A DNA stretch of 64,000 nucleotides from NCBI RefSeq assembly GCF_009696485.1, contig NZ_VULY01000018.1, positions 2,157,906 to 2,221,905 on the forward strand, in the 5' to 3' direction. How positions within the stretch are numbered: position 1 is the stretch's first letter; the number at the start of each line of letters is the position of its first letter. The position numbers were made by a program, and so were the translations under genes. Origin of the DNA: Suipraeoptans intestinalis (lineage in GTDB: Bacteria; Bacillota; Clostridia; Lachnospirales; Lachnospiraceae). The notes under the pieces are model-generated. The model was not told the origin of the DNA. It saw only the letters and a list, made by a program, of their open reading frames with translations, and ran no database searches. Of this stretch, positions 1 through 9,734 are shown piece by piece.

Positions 1-604
1 GTATGCCATCCGCTTCGGAGTTGCAAGAGGACTGTTTTCCAATGAATCCGGTCTTGGATCTGCCCCGATCGCAGCGGCGGCAGCTCAGACAAGAAATCCG
101 GTGCGTCAGGCTCTGGTATCTTCTACAGGAACCTTCTGGGATACGGTTGTAGTATGTCTGATGACAGGACTGGTTCTGGTAACGACCATCATGAAGAATC
201 CGGCGATCAATGCAGATCAGGTGGACAATGGGGGTGTACTGACTTCCCTGGCATTCGGACAGATTCCGGTACTTGGTCCCATTATTCTGACGCTGGGTAT
301 TATCTCCTTTGCGTATTCCACGATCCTGGGATGGGCTTATTACGGAGAACGCTGTGTAGAATACTTCGCAGGAAGCAAGGGACTGATCCCCTATCGTATC
401 CTGTATATCGCAGTAGCGGCGATCGCTCCTGTAGTAGCTTTGGATCTGGTATGGCTGATCGCAGATACACTGAACGCGTTGATGGCGATCCCCAACCTGG
501 TGGCGATCCTGCTCTTGTCCAATAAGATCGTGGCAGAGACGAAGAAGTATATCAACAACCTGGATGCAAAAGACGACACGCCGGTTCCTGTGATCAAGGA
601 CTAG
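1..604 (+). CDS. Sodium:alanine symporter (AGCS) family transporter, C-terminal part (5' end outside window)
   Basis: Frame starting at nt 2 reads YAIRFGVARGLFSNESGLGSAPIAAAAAQTRNPVRQALVSS..., the conserved AGCS core, continuing into listed ORF 101..604; hydrophobic TM segments to the stop at 604. Confidence 0.8.
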   Translation, partial: YAIRFGVARGLFSNESGLGSAPIAAAAAQTRNPVRQALVSSTGTFWDTVVVCLMTGLVLVTTIMKNPAINADQVDNGGVLTSLAFGQIPVLGPIILTLGIISFAYSTILGWAYYGERCVEYFAGSKGLIPYRILYIAVAAIAPVVALDLVWLIADTLNALMAIPNLVAILLLSNKIVAETKKYINNLDAKDDTPVPVIKD

Positions 605-656
605 GAAGTGGAAGCGAAGGGTTAAAGCCAGAAAAAGAAAAGAACGAAAAAAACTG

Positions 657-685
657 TTGACAAAGTTGCTTTCTTGCAGTAAAGT
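657..685 (+). promoter_or_regulatory. Sigma-A-type promoter (TTGACA 657-662, 17-nt spacer, TAAAGT 680-685) driving the T-box leader
   Basis: Consensus -35 hexamer and an A/T-rich -10 hexamer at canonical spacing, immediately upstream of the structured leader. Confidence 0.5.
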
Positions 686-691
686 AACCGC

Positions 692-958
692 ATAGACAAA
701 ACCGATGAGAAAGAGTAGTAGCTTTTCAGGCGATATTTCAGAGAGTGGCAGATGGTGGGATTGCCATATAGAACTGATCAGTGAATGGACTTTCGAGGGC
801 AGCCTGAAATGAAAAGAGTAGGAGCTGTCGGGAACCGAACCCGTTATCAATCAGGAGTGTATGTCAGTACACAAGAAGAGTGGACAGTCGTCAATTTGAG
901 TGGCACCGCGATAATGTGAATTACCGCCTCAAACTATCAGTTTGGGGCGGATTTTTTT
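692..958 (+). promoter_or_regulatory. T-box riboswitch leader controlling the downstream ABC transporter operon
   Basis: Stem-I k-turn-like GATGAGAAAGAGTA (698-711); AG-bulge/distal elements CAGAGAGTGG...GGTGGGA; T-box antiterminator motif TGAGTGGCACCGCG (897-910); intrinsic terminator CCGCCTCAAAC-tatcag-GTTTGGGGCGG + TTTTTTT (924-958) directly before the RBS of the gene starting at 1060. Confidence 0.7.
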
Positions 959-1059
959 ATTGTTTCACAGGAACTGTGTCCCAGAAAGGAAACCATGACG
1001 ACTCCCCCGGATGAACCAATTCTTTCGATCGGAAACCGCATCAGGAAGGGAGAAAAAAG

Positions 1060-2085
1060 ATGAAGAACAAAGCAATGAAAAACAGAGTAACGGCAGGGAT
1101 CGCAGTGACGGCGCTGGCAGCAGCCATGCTGACCGGGTGTGGAGGAAAAACGGGAGAAAGTGGCAAGAAGGAAACCTATACCATAGGAATCTCTCAGTTT
1201 GCAGAGCACAAATCCCTGGACAACTGCCGGGAGGGATTCTTGATGGGACTGGAAGAAGAAGGGATCAAGGAAGGGGACAATCTGAAGGTGGAATACAAAA
1301 ATTCGGCGGCAGATATGGGAACGGCCGGACAGATCGCGGACAGTTTTGTATCAGACAAGGTGGACTTGATCTGCACCATAGCGACTCCGAGCGCCCAGAC
1401 GGCATACAATGCGTCAATGGATTCAGACATTCCGGTGGTCTATACAGCGGTGACAGATCCCGTTGCGGCAGAATTGGCAGACAAGGACAAACAGCCGGTG
1501 GGAGAAGTGACAGGGACTTCCGACAAGCTGCCTATTGAGGAACAGTTGGAAATGATCCGAAAGATATTGCCGGATGCGAAAAAAATAGGTATTATGTATA
1601 CGACCAGTGAAGCGAATTCGGTTTCTGCCATCGCAGAATACAAAGAACTGGCAGGCAAATTTGGATTTGAGATCATAGAAAAGGGTGTGACGGCTGCAGC
1701 AGATGTACCGCTGGCAACCGACGACCTTCTGGATCAGGTGGACTGCATCACCAATCTGACAGACAACACGGTAGTATCCTCTCTGGCAACTGTTCTGGAG
1801 AAGGCGAATGAGAAGAAGATCCCGGTGTTCGGCAGTGAAGTGGAGCAGGTCAAGCTGGGATGTCTGGCAGCAGAGGGGATCGATTATATCAGCCTTGGAA
1901 AGCAGACGGGCAAGATGGCGGCAAAGATCCTGAAGGGAGAAAAGCAGGCGTCGCAGATGAAGTTTGAAACGATCACAAAACCAGGATTTTATGCCAATAC
2001 AAAAGTGGCGGAGACGCTGGGCATTGAGATTCCACAGGATATACTGGCGGAAGCGGTAGAAAGTTTTGATACAATAGAGAAATAA
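1060..2085 (+). CDS. ABC transporter substrate-binding lipoprotein (ABC_sub_bind/COG2984 family; TrpX-like)
   Basis: Lipoprotein signal peptide with LTGCGG lipobox; YTIGISQFAEH...ICTIATPSAQ pattern typical of the COG2984 binding-protein family; RBS AAGGGAGAAAAAAG before ATG. Confidence 0.8.
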   Translation: MKNKAMKNRVTAGIAVTALAAAMLTGCGGKTGESGKKETYTIGISQFAEHKSLDNCREGFLMGLEEEGIKEGDNLKVEYKNSAADMGTAGQIADSFVSDKVDLICTIATPSAQTAYNASMDSDIPVVYTAVTDPVAAELADKDKQPVGEVTGTSDKLPIEEQLEMIRKILPDAKKIGIMYTTSEANSVSAIAEYKELAGKFGFEIIEKGVTAAADVPLATDDLLDQVDCITNLTDNTVVSSLATVLEKANEKKIPVFGSEVEQVKLGCLAAEGIDYISLGKQTGKMAAKILKGEKQASQMKFETITKPGFYANTKVAETLGIEIPQDILAEAVESFDTIEK

Positions 2086-2127
2086 AGCGTCTGTGGGAAA
2101 TGGCAGACAGGCGTATGGGAGGCAAAC

Positions 2128-3009
2128 ATGGATTTTTTGATCACAATCATGGAGCAGGGACTGATCTATGGGATCCTGGCTCTGGGAGTCTACATTACAT
2201 ATAAAATATTGGATTTTCCGGATCTGACAGTAGACGGCAGTTTTCCTTTGGGAGCTGCCGTTACGGCTGCGATACTTACGCGGGGAGGATCTCCCTGGCT
2301 GACTCTTCCGGCTGCTTTTTTTGCCGGGGCCCTTGCCGGAGTTTTGACCGGCCTGATCCATGTAAAAGGAAAAGTGCGGGATCTGCTTTCCGGTATCATT
2401 ATGATGACTGCTCTGTGGTCGATCAATCTGTATCTGGCAGGAACCTCCAATGTTCCGTTGTTTTCCCAGAAGACGATCTTTAAAAATGATCTGACGGCAC
2501 GGATGTTCCAGGGAGAGCTGAAGTCTTATGGAACCCTGCTGATCATCCTGGTAATGGCAGTGATCTGTAAGCGGATACTGGACTGGTATCTACAGACAAA
2601 GTCCGGGTATCTGCTACGGGCGGTGGGAGATAACGACAAGCTGGTCACTTCGCTTGCAAAAGACCAGGGGAATGTAAAAATACTGGGTCTTTCCATTGCG
2701 AATGGGCTGGTGGCGCTGGCGGGCTGTGTTTTTGCCCAGGAAGAAAGGGTGTTTGAGATCTCCATGGGAACGGGAGCCATCGTGATCGGACTGGCCAGTG
2801 TGATCATCGGAACCAGTCTGTTTCGCCGACTCACACTGCTTCGGACAACAACGGTAGTCCTGGTGGGATCGATCATTTACAAAGGCTGCGTGGCACTGGC
2901 GATCCGTCATTTCAGTCCTTCGGCGATGAAGCTGATCACGGCAGTGTTGTTCCTGATCATTCTGGTATTTAGTATGGAAAGAAAAGCGAAGGGGAAGAAG
3001 AATGCTTGA
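2128..3009 (+). CDS. ABC transporter permease (COG4120 family)
   Basis: Multi-TM hydrophobic protein; start overlaps nothing, RBS GGGAGG; stop overlaps the start of the following ATPase gene (ATGCTTGA), indicating translational coupling. Confidence 0.8.
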   Translation: MDFLITIMEQGLIYGILALGVYITYKILDFPDLTVDGSFPLGAAVTAAILTRGGSPWLTLPAAFFAGALAGVLTGLIHVKGKVRDLLSGIIMMTALWSINLYLAGTSNVPLFSQKTIFKNDLTARMFQGELKSYGTLLIILVMAVICKRILDWYLQTKSGYLLRAVGDNDKLVTSLAKDQGNVKILGLSIANGLVALAGCVFAQEERVFEISMGTGAIVIGLASVIIGTSLFRRLTLLRTTTVVLVGSIIYKGCVALAIRHFSPSAMKLITAVLFLIILVFSMERKAKGKKNA

Positions 3010-3775
3010 ATTAAAACATATCCAAAAACATTATAATGTGGGAACGGTCAATGAGCTGTGCCTCTTCGAGGATTTTTCCCTGACGGTGGAGGAGGGAGAG
3101 TTTGTTTCGGTAGTGGGAAGCAACGGATCCGGAAAGACCTCTCTTTTGAATCTCATCTGTGGGAGCATCGAGCTGGAAAAGGGACAGATCTGTATGAATG
3201 GAAGAGATATTACCAGAGAAAAGGAATTTAAGCGGAACCGGAAGATCGGAAGAGTATATCAGAATCCATCGGTAGGAACCTGCCCTTCTATGACGATCCT
3301 GGAGAATATGGCGCTGGCAGATCACAAAGGAAAGCTATATGGTCTGGGCAGAGGAACAGACAAAAAACGGATCGATTTTTACCGGGAACAGTTAAGGACG
3401 CTGAATTTGGGTCTGGAGGACAAGCTGGATGTAAAGGTGGGAGTCCTTTCCGGAGGACAACGACAGGCCATGGCGCTTTTGATGTCTACTATGACGCCGA
3501 TTGAATTTCTGATCCTGGACGAGCATACGGCAGCGCTGGATCCCAAGACGGCAGAGAGGATCATGGAACTGACAGACCAGGTGGTCCGGGAAAAACATCT
3601 TACCACCATTATGGTCACGCACAATCTCAGATATGCAGTGGATTATGGAAACAGACTGCTGATGATGCATCAGGGAAGGGCGATCCTGGATAAGAGAGGA
3701 GCAGAAAAAGACGGCACCACGGTGGAAGATATCCTGGGATTGTTCAACGAGATCAGTATTGAATGCGGCAACTGA
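3002..3775 (+). CDS. ABC transporter ATP-binding protein (COG1101 family)
   Basis: Walker A GSNGSGKTS, ABC signature LSGGQRQ, Walker B LILDEHTAALD, H-loop VTHN. Confidence 0.9.
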   Translation: MLELKHIQKHYNVGTVNELCLFEDFSLTVEEGEFVSVVGSNGSGKTSLLNLICGSIELEKGQICMNGRDITREKEFKRNRKIGRVYQNPSVGTCPSMTILENMALADHKGKLYGLGRGTDKKRIDFYREQLRTLNLGLEDKLDVKVGVLSGGQRQAMALLMSTMTPIEFLILDEHTAALDPKTAERIMELTDQVVREKHLTTIMVTHNLRYAVDYGNRLLMMHQGRAILDKRGAEKDGTTVEDILGLFNEISIECGN

Positions 3776-3876
3776 CAGACTTGGGGAAAAGGAAGGGGAA
3801 AGCAGAAGGGATAGCCGGCAGAGACCGGGATGAAGCGGGCAAAAAAACGGAGAAGGACAGAGAAAGGCAGGAAGCT

Positions 3877-4413
3877 ATGGCAAAGAGGATCGCACGGTTT
3901 TATAAGGTGAGTTTGAAGCAGTTTGCAGAAGGATGCGGGGATCTGGGACTGGAAGAGAAGGAGGTGGAACGGATCTACCGGGAGATCGCGCTTCCCAGAA
4001 GGGCAACATCGGGATCGGCAGGGTATGATTTTTTTGCACCGATTCCCGTTACGCTGAAACCGGGACAGACGGCGAAAATCCCTACAGGCATCCGGGTGGA
4101 GATGGAAGAGGACTGGGTGCTGAAATGCTACCCCAGAAGCGGTCTGGGATTTCGCTATCGGCTGCAATTGAACAATACGGTAGGGATCATTGACAGCGAC
4201 TATTTTTATTCAGACAATGAAGGGCATATTTTTGCCAAGATCACTAACGATACCAACGAAGAAAAATGCCTGGAATTAAAGGCGGGAGACGGGTTTATGC
4301 AGGGGGTTTTTGTGGAGTACGGCATCACGGTGGATGACCGGGCGGACGGGGTGCGCAATGGGGGATTTGGAAGCACTTCAAAAGAATCAGAGAAAACCTT
4401 CACAGAAACTTAA
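3877..4413 (+). CDS. dut: dUTP diphosphatase (dUTPase family)
   Basis: dUTPase motifs: SAGYDF (motif I), PRSGLG (II), GIIDSDYFYSDNEGH (III), GGFGSTS (V). Start chosen at MAKRIA (ATG 3877) because the upstream part of ORF 3763.. overlaps the preceding gene and is a low-complexity K/E/R run. Confidence 0.7.
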   Translation: MAKRIARFYKVSLKQFAEGCGDLGLEEKEVERIYREIALPRRATSGSAGYDFFAPIPVTLKPGQTAKIPTGIRVEMEEDWVLKCYPRSGLGFRYRLQLNNTVGIIDSDYFYSDNEGHIFAKITNDTNEEKCLELKAGDGFMQGVFVEYGITVDDRADGVRNGGFGSTSKESEKTFTET

Positions 4414-4469
4414 GAAATTTGCATGAACAAGGGGAACATGGTATGATGTGAGTGTAAGGAGGGGATTTT

Positions 4470-5339
4470 ATGAACGCAAGTTATGTGATTACGGTCAACA
4501 GTACCGTAGACTTACCCAAAGCGTGGCTGAAGGAGAGAGAGGTTCCTGTAGTGCCGCTGCATTATACCATAGATGGGAAGACATATCCGGATGGGGAAGG
4601 ATTGTCATCAAAGGAGTTTTTTGATCTGCTGCGGGAAGGGAAACAGGCGGTGACTTCGCAGGTGAACTCGGAAGACGCAAAGGAAGTATTGGAGCCTCTT
4701 TTAAAAGAAGGGAAAGACATCCTGCACCTGGCGTTTTCTTCCGGACTCAGCGGAACCTGTCAGAGTATGATGCTGGCTGCCAGCGAACTTCGGGAGGCTT
4801 ATCCGGAAAGAAAGATCCAGGTGATCGATACGCTTTGCGCCTGCATGGGAGAAGGATTACTGTTGTATTATGCCCTGCAGAAGCAGGAGGAAGGGAAAAC
4901 ACTGGAAGAGGTGGCCGAATGGATCACAGAGAACCGGCTGCATATCTGCCATAATGTGGCGGTGGATGATCTGCATCATCTCCAAAGAGGCGGACGGATA
5001 TCCAAGACGGCGGCTGTGATTGGTACCATGGTACAGATCAAGCCTATCATCCATGTGGATGAAGAGGGGTGCCTGAAGGTTGTGGGGAAAGAAAGGGGAA
5101 GAAAGAAAGCCCTGAACAGGATCGCACAGAAAGCCATTGAGCAGACAGAGGGAGGATGGACCAACGAGATGGTTATGATCACGCACGGAGACTGTCTGGA
5201 AGATGCGGAGTATGTGGGGAGACTGATGGAAGAAGCCCTGCATCCCGAAGAGATCCTGATCCACAATATCGGGACTGTTATTGGAAGCCATACGGGACCG
5301 GGAGTGGTGGCTGTCTTTACGGTGGGGAATAAAAGATAG
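4470..5339 (+). CDS. DegV family fatty-acid-binding protein
   Basis: DegV signature N-terminus (VITVNSTVDLP...), SSGLSGT motif; strong RBS AAGGAGGGG. Confidence 0.85.
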   Translation: MNASYVITVNSTVDLPKAWLKEREVPVVPLHYTIDGKTYPDGEGLSSKEFFDLLREGKQAVTSQVNSEDAKEVLEPLLKEGKDILHLAFSSGLSGTCQSMMLAASELREAYPERKIQVIDTLCACMGEGLLLYYALQKQEEGKTLEEVAEWITENRLHICHNVAVDDLHHLQRGGRISKTAAVIGTMVQIKPIIHVDEEGCLKVVGKERGRKKALNRIAQKAIEQTEGGWTNEMVMITHGDCLEDAEYVGRLMEEALHPEEILIHNIGTVIGSHTGPGVVAVFTVGNKR

Positions 5340-5769
5340 GAACAACAAAAGAAAGGATGAGCAGAGAATTTGGCTGTTCGTCCTTTTCCTGTGTCACGGA
5401 CGAGAAAGGATGAACCTTTTAGAGACAGAGAAACGAATCGATGTCTACTTTAACTTTATAGGCAACTGTCAAGTACAACAGAAAGACAACAAAATAATAA
5501 TTTTTTTAAAAAAATAAAAACAACTGTACTGCTGTAAAAATCCACGTTGAATTTTACGGCTTTTTACTGTTTTTTTTGTTGCGCAAAATCAAAAAGAAAG
5601 GACAGGAAAAATGAAAAATATAGACGAAAAAATTTAATGGAGGACGAAAAAATCACTCTTTTTTTGCATCGTTTCATATCGCTGCCGCAGGATCCTGGCA
5701 GAGCATTTTTGTTTCATGGGATTGATTTCCTGTGAAACAGAAAACTGCCCGCCTTTTCAGACGGACAGT

Positions 5770-5828
5770 TGTAAAAAACTTTTTATCAGAGAGATTCTGC
5801 ATAGCTGCTCTCATGGGCAGGAATTTCT
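5770..5828 (-). terminator. Intrinsic terminator for the NSS transporter gene (minus strand)
   Basis: On the minus strand: GGCAGAAATTCCTGCC followed by GAGAGCAGCTATGCAGAATCTCTC hairpin and TGATAAAAAGTTTTTT immediately after the stop (5831-5833). Confidence 0.5.
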
Positions 5829-5830
5829 GC

Positions 5831-7186
5831 CTACAGGGAGAACAGTCCCAGTCCTGTGGCGATAGAGCTTGCCAGGATCACCACCAGAAGGATAGGAGCG
5901 ATCCACTTGATCATAACGGTAAACAACTTCTCGGACTTGAATGTTCCGCCGGATACACGAACCTCGTCTGCGACCACATCGGGCTTGATGATAAAGCCGA
6001 CAAAGATGCAGGTAAACAGTGCCAGGATCGGCATCAGGATGCTGTTGCTGATAAAGTCCATAATGTCCAGGATGCTCATACCATGCCAGGAAACAGAACT
6101 CAAAGGTCCAAATCCAAGAGAAGAAAGGCTTCCCAGGATCAAGGAGAGAACCGTTACAAAGACGCAGGCAAACTTCCTGGACCAGTGGAATTTGTCACGG
6201 AAGATAGACACGATGGTCTCCATCAGAGAGATGGCAGAGGTCAGTGCCGCGAAAAATACCATGATGAAGAAGATGGTTCCGATAAATCCGCCAAACTTCA
6301 TGCTGGCAAATACCTTTGGCAAAGTGATGAACATCAGCCCGGGTCCTGCGCCAAGTGCGGATTTGTCACCGCCGGAAAATACAAACACGGCCGGGATGAT
6401 CATAAGTCCGGCAAGGAATGCGATACCGGTATCAAAAATTTCGATCTGGTGTACAGAACCTTCCAGGTTGTCATCTTTTTTCATATAGGAACCATAAGTG
6501 ATCATAATACCCATTGCAAGGGACATGGAATAGAACATCTGTCCCATGGCTGCCAGAATGGTTTTGGCAGAAAAGTCGGACATACGGGGCCGCAGGTAGT
6601 AGATCAGTCCTTCCTTTGCTCCATCCAGTGTAACAGTGTAGACTGCAATGATGAGGGAAAGAAGGACAAGGATCGGCATCATGATCTTGCTGACCTTTTC
6701 AATTCCTTTTTCCACACCCAAAAGAACAATGATGGCGGTAAGTGCAATAAACAGGAAGAACCAAAGCAGCGGGCTTACAGAGTTGGTGATAAATCCTGTG
6801 AAGTAGTCGTCTCCCGTTGCAGCCTTCATATTTCCGGAAATAAATACGGAAAAATATTTCAGCACCCATCCTCCTATAACAGAATAGTAGGGGAAGATGA
6901 TGATGGGGATGACCGCCGCTAAAACACCCAGAAAACCAAACCGCTTATCCAGTGCGGTGAAGGCTCCGATGGCACTCAAGCCTGTCTTGCGCCCAAGAGC
7001 GATCTCGGCTGTCATCAAGGTGAACCCAAAGGTGACTGCCAGAACCACATAGGTTAAGAGAAATGTCCCTCCGCCGTATTTTGCCGCAAGATACGGGAAC
7101 CGCCAGATGTTTCCCAGTCCCACAGCAGATCCGGAAGCGGCCAGGACGAAACCGATCTTACTTGAAAAATTACTTCGTTTTTGCAT
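5831..7186 (-). CDS. Sodium-dependent transporter, neurotransmitter:sodium symporter (NSS/SNF) family
   Basis: N-terminal NSS signature GFVLAASGSAVGLGNIWRFPYLAAKYGGG; about 12 TM segments; RBS GAGGAGGG before ATG at 7186. Confidence 0.9.
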   Translation of the reverse strand: MQKRSNFSSKIGFVLAASGSAVGLGNIWRFPYLAAKYGGGTFLLTYVVLAVTFGFTLMTAEIALGRKTGLSAIGAFTALDKRFGFLGVLAAVIPIIIFPYYSVIGGWVLKYFSVFISGNMKAATGDDYFTGFITNSVSPLLWFFLFIALTAIIVLLGVEKGIEKVSKIMMPILVLLSLIIAVYTVTLDGAKEGLIYYLRPRMSDFSAKTILAAMGQMFYSMSLAMGIMITYGSYMKKDDNLEGSVHQIEIFDTGIAFLAGLMIIPAVFVFSGGDKSALGAGPGLMFITLPKVFASMKFGGFIGTIFFIMVFFAALTSAISLMETIVSIFRDKFHWSRKFACVFVTVLSLILGSLSSLGFGPLSSVSWHGMSILDIMDFISNSILMPILALFTCIFVGFIIKPDVVADEVRVSGGTFKSEKLFTVMIKWIAPILLVVILASSIATGLGLFSL

Positions 7187-7399
7187 AAAAAACCCTCCTC
7201 ACAATTTTCATAATAACTTAAATCCTCTATTTCATACGCATAAAACGTTTGCTCTTTTAAATAATGGAATAATTATTAAAAAAGTATAAAAATAGATTAT
7301 GCTCTATTATGCCATGAAACCAGATGGTTTTCAAGCAATAAATACAAGAATTTTTATTCTACAAACATCCTACAAACAGGAGATTGTCCGAAAAAAATA

Positions 7400-7590
7400 A
7401 AGATTGACAGAAAGGACTGGTTGTGGTAGTCTATTGGAGGTAAAGAAAGCAGAGTATCCACTCTCACCGTAGCACAAAGGTGACTCCGGTTTATATCGTA
7501 TTAGAGTCCGTTAATGGAGTTCTATGTAGATACGAAGGTGGATAGTCTCAGACTGTTCACTTATTTTTATGGAATAATGGAGGTGTACAA
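7400..7590 (+). promoter_or_regulatory. Promoter (TTGACA 7402-7407) plus structured 5' leader of the infC-rpmI-rplT operon (L20-leader-type autoregulatory region)
   Basis: Consensus -35 TTGACA with TGgTAGTCT extended -10-like element; about 180-nt untranslated GC-richer leader before infC, as in the L20-autoregulated infC operons of Firmicutes. Confidence 0.5.
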
Positions 7591-7592
7591 CA

Positions 7593-8099
7593 ATTAGCGA
7601 TTTAATGATTAACGGGCAGATTAGGGACAAGGAAGTAAGACTGATCGGCGAAGACGGAGAACAGTTAGGTATCATGTCCTCCAAAGAGGCGATGAAGCTG
7701 GCTCAGGAAGCAGAGCTGGACTTGGTAAAGATCGCACCGAAAGCGCAGCCACCTGTTTGCAAGATCATCGACTACGGAAAGTACAGATACGAGCTTGCAA
7801 GAAAAGAAAAAGAAGCAAAAAAGAAACAAAAGACGGTGGAGATCAAAGAAATCAGGATGTCTCCCAATATTGACACCAACGACTTAAATACTAAGGTGAA
7901 CAATGCCAGAAAGTTTCTGACGAAAGGCAACAAGGTGAAGATCACTCTTCGTTTCAGAGGCAGGGAAATGGCGCATGTACAGCAGAGCAGACATATTCTT
8001 GATGATTTTGCAAAACTGCTGGAGGATGTGGCGACTGTGGAAAAGGAAGCCAAACTGGAAGGAAGAAACATGAGTATGATTTTAACTGAAAGACGTTAA
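7593..8099 (+). CDS. infC: Translation initiation factor IF-3, probable non-canonical ATT start
   Basis: IF-3 sequence ...[28 protein letters not shown]...; in-frame ATT at 7593 sits 7 nt after GGAGGTG and yields [11 protein letters not shown], matching the conserved IF-3 N-terminus and the well-known AUU start of infC; the first ATG is 7605. Confidence 0.8.
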   Translation: MSDLMINGQIRDKEVRLIGEDGEQLGIMSSKEAMKLAQEAELDLVKIAPKAQPPVCKIIDYGKYRYELARKEKEAKKKQKTVEIKEIRMSPNIDTNDLNTKVNNARKFLTKGNKVKITLRFRGREMAHVQQSRHILDDFAKLLEDVATVEKEAKLEGRNMSMILTERR

Positions 8100-8131
8100 A
8101 AATATATTTTCAATTTAAGGAGGAATTTATC

Positions 8132-8329
8132 ATGCCAAAGATTAAGACAAATAGAGCGGCAGCAAAGCGCTTTAAAAAGACAGGAACCGGGAAGCTGAAA
8201 AGAAACAAAGCTTATAAGAGCCATATCTTAACCAAAAAGTCTACGAAGAGAAAGAGAAATCTCAGAAAGGCTACGATCACAGATGCAACCAACGTTAAGA
8301 ATATGAAGAAAGTATTACCGTATCTGTAA
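8132..8329 (+). CDS. rpmI: 50S ribosomal protein L35
   Basis: [24 protein letters not shown]... canonical L35; RBS AGGAGG. Confidence 0.95.
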   Translation: MPKIKTNRAAAKRFKKTGTGKLKRNKAYKSHILTKKSTKRKRNLRKATITDATNVKNMKKVLPYL

Positions 8330-8359
8330 GAAAGAAAAGATTTGAAGGAGGAATAAGAC

Positions 8360-8716
8360 ATGGCAAGAATTAAAGGCGGCTTGAACGCTAAGAAAAAACA
8401 TAACAGAACTTTAAAGCTGGCAAAGGGTTACAGAGGTGCCAGATCCAAACAGTATAGAGTAGCAAAACAGTCTGTAATGAGAGCGCTGGCAACGGCCTAT
8501 GCAGGAAGGAAAGAAAGAAAGAGACAGATGCGTCAGCTGTGGATCGCACGTATCAATGCAGCAGCAAGAATGAACGGACTGTCCTACAGCAAATTCATGC
8601 ATGGTCTGAAGCTTGCGAACATCGACATGAACAGAAAGATGCTGGCAGAGATGGCAGTCAATGATGCAGAAGGATTTGCAGCATTGGCAGAGGCAGCAAA
8701 GGCAAAGCTTGCTTAA
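8360..8716 (+). CDS. rplT: 50S ribosomal protein L20
   Basis: [37 protein letters not shown]... canonical L20; RBS GAAGGAGG. Confidence 0.95.
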   Translation: MARIKGGLNAKKKHNRTLKLAKGYRGARSKQYRVAKQSVMRALATAYAGRKERKRQMRQLWIARINAAARMNGLSYSKFMHGLKLANIDMNRKMLAEMAVNDAEGFAALAEAAKAKLA

Positions 8717-8761
8717 GAAGAAAAGAAAAGGGATCGCCGGAGAGGGAAGATCTCAAAGAAA

Positions 8762-8797
8762 GGGGCAGGTGTGGCTCGTAAGAGTGGCACCTGCCCC
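8762..8797 (+). terminator. Hairpin terminator after rplT
   Basis: Perfect 10-bp stem GGGGCAGGTG...CACCTGCCCC with 16-nt loop 45 nt after the rplT stop; the U-tract is poor, so efficiency is uncertain. Confidence 0.45.
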
Positions 8798-8951
8798 TGA
8801 AATATGTTAAAAACAGTATGTTCGCATGAGTGAAATCATACTTTCCCCGCCGGACTTCCCCCGCCGGAAAAGGCGGTCGGTCTACCGTCTGAAGGTGTTC
8901 GGAAAAACCGGCGCAGCCTGAAACGGAGAAAGAACTGTCAGAATCCGTTGA

Positions 8952-9428
8952 TCAGGGATAGACCAGCTGATCTTCGGACGGGGATTCCAAAACGTCTGCC
9001 AGATATTTTTTTGCCAGATAGTTTGCCATAGGAAGGTTCAGATCCAGATAGTTGCCGCAATCCCTCGGGGAGGCTCCGGGAATATCGCCGGAAAATCCTG
9101 CAACAAACTGAAATGTTTCCCGAAGAAGGGGAAGGACCTGGGAGGAGGTATATTCTCCGGATAAAAGGAGGTAGAAACCGGTACGACAGCCCATGGGACC
9201 GAAATAAATGGTTTTGTCTCCGTAGTCCGGATGATTGCGTAAAAAGGTGGCTGCCAGATGTTCGATGGCGTGCATTTCCGCTGTGTTCATCACCGGTTCT
9301 TTGTTGGGGCGGGTGAATCGCAGATCAAACGTAGTGACGGGGTGCCCCTGCACGTGATCGATCCGAGATACGTAGACGCCGGGAAGCAACGATAAATGGT
9401 CTATGGTAAAGCTTGTGATTTTCTCCAT
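8952..9428 (-). CDS. luxS: S-ribosylhomocysteine lyase (autoinducer-2 synthase)
   Basis: MEKITSFTIDHLSL...HAIEHLAATFLRNH...GPMGCRTGFY: LuxS metal-binding HxxEH and conserved C; start taken at ATG 9428 (158 aa), not the longer listed ORF. Confidence 0.9.
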   Translation of the reverse strand: MEKITSFTIDHLSLLPGVYVSRIDHVQGHPVTTFDLRFTRPNKEPVMNTAEMHAIEHLAATFLRNHPDYGDKTIYFGPMGCRTGFYLLLSGEYTSSQVLPLLRETFQFVAGFSGDIPGASPRDCGNYLDLNLPMANYLAKKYLADVLESPSEDQLVYP

Positions 9429-9734
9429 GAAAGATTCCTCCTGTGTTGTTTGAATGAATGACCTCTCTTGGAGACAGTATAACATTTTTGCGCGAAAATG
9501 GCATGGATTTTCACGGGAGACCGCAGATTTTGTAAGAGGTCCCGGAACTTTGACCGTTTCAACAGTCGCTGGAAAAAGAGAGGATCCGGGTGGAAGGAAT
9601 GTGAAAAAAGTGATATAATCCTTTGTGTTTCCATCGATGTTCCCGGTTGGAAGAGGAAAGAAAAGGACAGTCAGACAAAGAGAGAACGGGAAATGAAAAA
9701 AGCGGAGAAAAGCTGAGAAGAAAGGAATGGGATC

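Noticed and set aside
1423-2361. 312-aa ORF on the minus strand
   Set aside because: Fully antisense to the well-supported ABC substrate-binding protein gene. Cys/Arg/Gln-rich, no RBS and no recognisable domain: a spurious antisense frame.
3877-4413. dUTPase as a prophage or mobile-element marker
   Set aside because: No integrase, terminase, capsid or other phage genes nearby. Flanked by an ABC transporter and degV, with normal GC.
5340-5830. AT-rich 490-nt intergenic region with small ORFs (5281..5517, 5547..5735)
   Set aside because: The translations are low-complexity (poly-K/F) and lack RBSs. The region is better explained as convergent terminators plus an AT-rich spacer. No repeat structure suggestive of CRISPR or IS ends.
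5732-6922. 396-aa ORF on the plus strand
   Set aside because: Antisense to the NSS transporter gene. H/D/K/G-rich low-complexity translation typical of the reverse frame of a hydrophobic gene.
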